Positions 4,307 through 6,478 of a DNA stretch of 6,478 nucleotides are shown in pieces. Origin of the DNA: a virus. Lineage: Duplodnaviria > Heunggongvirae > Uroviricota > Caudoviricetes. The stretch's first letter is position 1; every line of letters starts with the position of its first letter. The position numbers were made by a program, and so were the translations under genes. The notes beneath the pieces are model-generated. The model saw only the letters and a list, made by a program, of their open reading frames with translations. It made no database searches and was not told the DNA's origin. Location of the stretch: the IMG/VR virus record IMGVR_UViG_2534681912_000008. The stretch is one strand, 5' to 3'.

Positions 4307-6160
4307 ATGGCATTTAAACACTATGACGTGGTCAGGGCGGCATCGCCGTCAGACCTTGCGAAACGACTGACACAAAAACTGAAGGAGGGCTGGCAGCCGT
4401 TTGGTAGTCCGGTGGCCATAACCCCTTATACCCTGATGCAGGCGATTGCAGCAGAAGGTGATGTGGTCGTCAGTGGTGCAACTGAGCCGGAGTGGTACTA
4501 CGTCATCGTACTGGCCGGGCAATCCAATGCCATGGCTTACGGTGAAGGGCTTCCGCTTCCGGATTCATACGATGCGCCCCATCCGCGCATTAAGCAACTG
4601 GCCCGTCGTAACACAGTGACTCCCGGTGGTGAAGTATGCGTATTTAACGACATCATTCCTGCTGACCATTGTCTGCATGATGTTCAGGATATGAGTACGA
4701 TTAACCATCCCCGGGCTGACCTGAGCAAAGGGCAGTACGGCTGTGTCGGACAGGGCTTACATATTGCCAAAAAACTGCTTCCGTATATCCCTAATAATGC
4801 GGGGATCCTGCTGGTACCATGCTGTCGTGGTGGTTCGGCATTCACCCAGGGCACGGAGGGGACATTCAGCGAGTCCACGGGAGCCAGTCAGGATTCGGCT
4901 CGCTGGGGAGTGGGTAAGCCGTTATATCAGGATCTGCTTTTCCGCACGAAGGCAGCATTGCAGAAAAACCCGAAAAACGTTTTGCTGGCGATATGCTGGA
5001 TGCAGGGGGAATTCGATATGACGAATGCCAGTTACGCCCAGCAGCCAGCAGCATTTCTTGCAATGGTACAGCAGTTCCGTGCTGACCTTGCCGGGCTGGC
5101 AGCGCAGTGTCACGGTGGAAGTCCGGCATCAGTCCCCTGGATTTGTGGCGACACGACATACGCGTGGAAACAAGAACACGGTACGCAATATGAAGTGGTA
5201 TATGGTGCATATAAAGGTAAAGAATCCCAGCAGATTTATTTTGTTCCCTTTATGACCGATGGTAGCGGAGTTAATACACCGACAAACAACCCGTCAGAAG
5301 ATCCTGATATTGTCGGGTCTGGTTATTACGGTTCGGCATCCCGAACGAACAAAAACTGGGTATCATCAAATCGCCCGACGCATTTCAGCTCATGGGCGCG
5401 TCGTGGCATTATTCCCGATCGTATGGCAACTGCTATTCTGAACGTAGCCGGTCGCACCTTAGCCTTCATTAGTGGTAAGGCACCGGAAATCAAACTCTCG
5501 CCCGGCGGCGACACGCCATCGGGGCCGTCTGAAGATGCATCCATACGCACAATCTCCCTGTTGCCGACAGCCGGAGACGCTGCTGCGCAGGGCTGGAGCA
5601 TTAAGAATGGCGGAATTCAGTTGTCAGATGGTGTATTTAAGATCACCAAGCAGAGCAATAAAGCCTGGTCCCTGACGCGCCCGGTGGATGACGCAGTCTC
5701 CCTGCTGACACGGGGTGGCAGACTGAGCTGTAAGTTTCGACTGTCAGGCGCACTGACCAACAATCAGTTCGGTCTGGGAATTTATCTGTATACCGATGTA
5801 GCGTTACCTGACGTCGTGGCGATGACCGGGACTGGTAACCCGTTCCTGATGTCGTTCTTCACCCAGACCACAGACGGCAAACTGAATCTGATGCATCACA
5901 AGAAAGCAGGAAACACAAAGTTGGGCGAGTTCGGGAATTACAGTAACGACTGGCAGACGCTGGAGCTGGTGTTCACCGCCGGCAGTGCCACGGTTACTCC
6001 GAAACTGAATGGAGTGGCTGGCCCGGCATTCCAGGTCATAAAAGACAGTCTGACACTGGGGCTGAATGCGCTGACGCTGACGGATATTACCAAAAATGCA
6101 GCGTATGGCGTTGAGATAGAAAGTCTGGTGCTGGAGATAAATGCACCGGCATCATCATAA
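4307..6160 (+). CDS. nanS: Prophage-type sialate O-acetylesterase (NanS-p-like): N-terminal DUF1737-like region, SGNH/SASA esterase domain, C-terminal beta-rich domain
   Basis: A 617-codon ORF with GGAGG at 4298-4302 before the ATG. The N-terminus MAFKHYDVV... and the GQSN catalytic-serine motif in VLAGQSNAMAYGEG match the NanS-p esterases encoded downstream of stx in Stx phages, recalled from memory. It is the dominant long ORF; all overlapping ORFs are rejected. Confidence 0.85.
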   Translation: MAFKHYDVVRAASPSDLAKRLTQKLKEGWQPFGSPVAITPYTLMQAIAAEGDVVVSGATEPEWYYVIVLAGQSNAMAYGEGLPLPDSYDAPHPRIKQLARRNTVTPGGEVCVFNDIIPADHCLHDVQDMSTINHPRADLSKGQYGCVGQGLHIAKKLLPYIPNNAGILLVPCCRGGSAFTQGTEGTFSESTGASQDSARWGVGKPLYQDLLFRTKAALQKNPKNVLLAICWMQGEFDMTNASYAQQPAAFLAMVQQFRADLAGLAAQCHGGSPASVPWICGDTTYAWKQEHGTQYEVVYGAYKGKESQQIYFVPFMTDGSGVNTPTNNPSEDPDIVGSGYYGSASRTNKNWVSSNRPTHFSSWARRGIIPDRMATAILNVAGRTLAFISGKAPEIKLSPGGDTPSGPSEDASIRTISLLPTAGDAAAQGWSIKNGGIQLSDGVFKITKQSNKAWSLTRPVDDAVSLLTRGGRLSCKFRLSGALTNNQFGLGIYLYTDVALPDVVAMTGTGNPFLMSFFTQTTDGKLNLMHHKKAGNTKLGEFGNYSNDWQTLELVFTAGSATVTPKLNGVAGPAFQVIKDSLTLGLNALTLTDITKNAAYGVEIESLVLEINAPASS

Positions 6161-6244
6161 AAAGTGAGCCAGCCAAATGGAAGGTATCGTTAAACTCACC
6201 GGTAGTGTCAGTGGGTCGTCTGAGATGCCTGCATGAGTTATCAG

Positions 6245-6276
6245 AGCCATCAGTACTTAACTGGTGGCTTTTTTTA
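6245..6276 (+). terminator. Rho-independent terminator after nanS-p
   Basis: AGCCATCAG at 6245-6253 pairs with CTGGTGGCT at 6261-6269 (9 bp, one G-U pair) around a 7-nt loop, followed by T6. Confidence 0.7.
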
Positions 6277-6310
6277 TTGTTGTCAGCTTCCGGATAACGG
6301 GAGACGGGGT

Positions 6311-6385
6311 ATGTACCAGATGGAAAAAATCACAACAGGTGTGTCATACACCACGTCAGCGGTGGGAACGGGCTACTGGTTCCTG
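6311..6385 (+). pseudogene. Holin gene (S21/EssD-like pinholin) 5' fragment, interrupted after about codon 25 by an IS element
   Basis: GGAGA at 6300-6304 precedes the ATG at 6311. The first 25 codons (MYQMEKITTGVSYTTSAVGTGYWFL) match the N-terminus of lambdoid-prophage holins as I recall them. From 6384 onward the sequence is an IS terminal repeat and the reading frame encodes no hydrophobic transmembrane segment. Confidence 0.6.
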
Positions 6386-6478
6386 AACCGCCCCGGGTTT
6401 CCTGGAGAGTGTTTTATCTGTGAACTCAGGCTGCCAGATCATCGTTTCCGATGGAAGCATAATAAGCTTTTTCTGCTT
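6384..6478 (-). mobile_element. Terminal end of an IS3-family insertion sequence, most likely IS629/IS1203-like; the element continues beyond the window
   Basis: The sequence begins with 5'-TG and reads TGAACCGCCCCGGGTTTCCTGGAGAGTG..., which I recognise as the IS629-type terminal inverted repeat. The minus strand at 6426-6478 encodes a transposase C-terminus. Orientation is with the transposase on the minus strand. Confidence 0.7.
6426..6478 (-). CDS. IS3-family transposase (OrfB) C-terminal fragment; the rest lies beyond the window end
   Basis: Minus-strand translation ...AEKAYYASIGNDDLAA ends at a stop whose complement is at 6426-6428. The frame is open to the window edge. Confidence 0.6.
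   Translation of the reverse strand, partial: AEKAYYASIGNDDLAA

Noticed and set aside
4684-5675. Eight ORFs of 60-114 aa on both strands inside the nanS-p coding region (4684..4878 -, 4743..5021 +, 4866..5210 -, 4922..5113 -, 5025..5255 +, 5259..5441 +, 5326..5601 -, 5472..5675 +)
   Set aside because: All are fully embedded in the 617-codon esterase ORF, which has recognisable domain motifs, and none has a motif or ribosome-binding site of its own. They are shadow ORFs typical of GC-balanced coding DNA.
6177-6236. 19-codon ORF between nanS-p and its terminator
   Set aside because: It is too short, has no Shine-Dalgarno sequence, and is most likely just 3' UTR.

Overview
This window reads as the late-control and cargo region of a lambdoid, Shiga-toxin-phage-like prophage (enterobacterial, E. 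coli-type), based on sequence inspection alone with no database search. Gene order on the + strand: C-terminal part of rusA; a putative antiterminator Q; a PR'-like promoter with a tR'-like terminator; an AT-rich two-gene cassette encoding a minimal Hanks-type Ser/Thr kinase and a PP2C phosphatase, with its own terminator; a 5'-truncated DNA methyltransferase remnant; a three-tRNA cluster (Ile2/Met-CAT, Arg-TCG, Arg-TCT); about 1 kb of terminator-rich non-coding DNA containing two diverged direct-repeat units where Stx phages carry stxAB (no stx here); a nanS-p-type sialate O-acetylesterase; and the first ~25 codons of a holin, cut off by the end of an IS629-like IS3-family element that runs out of the window. 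The most interesting candidate is the kinase/phosphatase pair sitting directly behind the Q-controlled late promoter. Its rare-codon usage matches the tRNAs encoded just downstream. Secondary candidates are two paralogous sRNA-like units and a probable lysis defect from the IS insertion in the holin. All product calls rest on motifs and synteny recalled from established families and need profile or BLAST confirmation.
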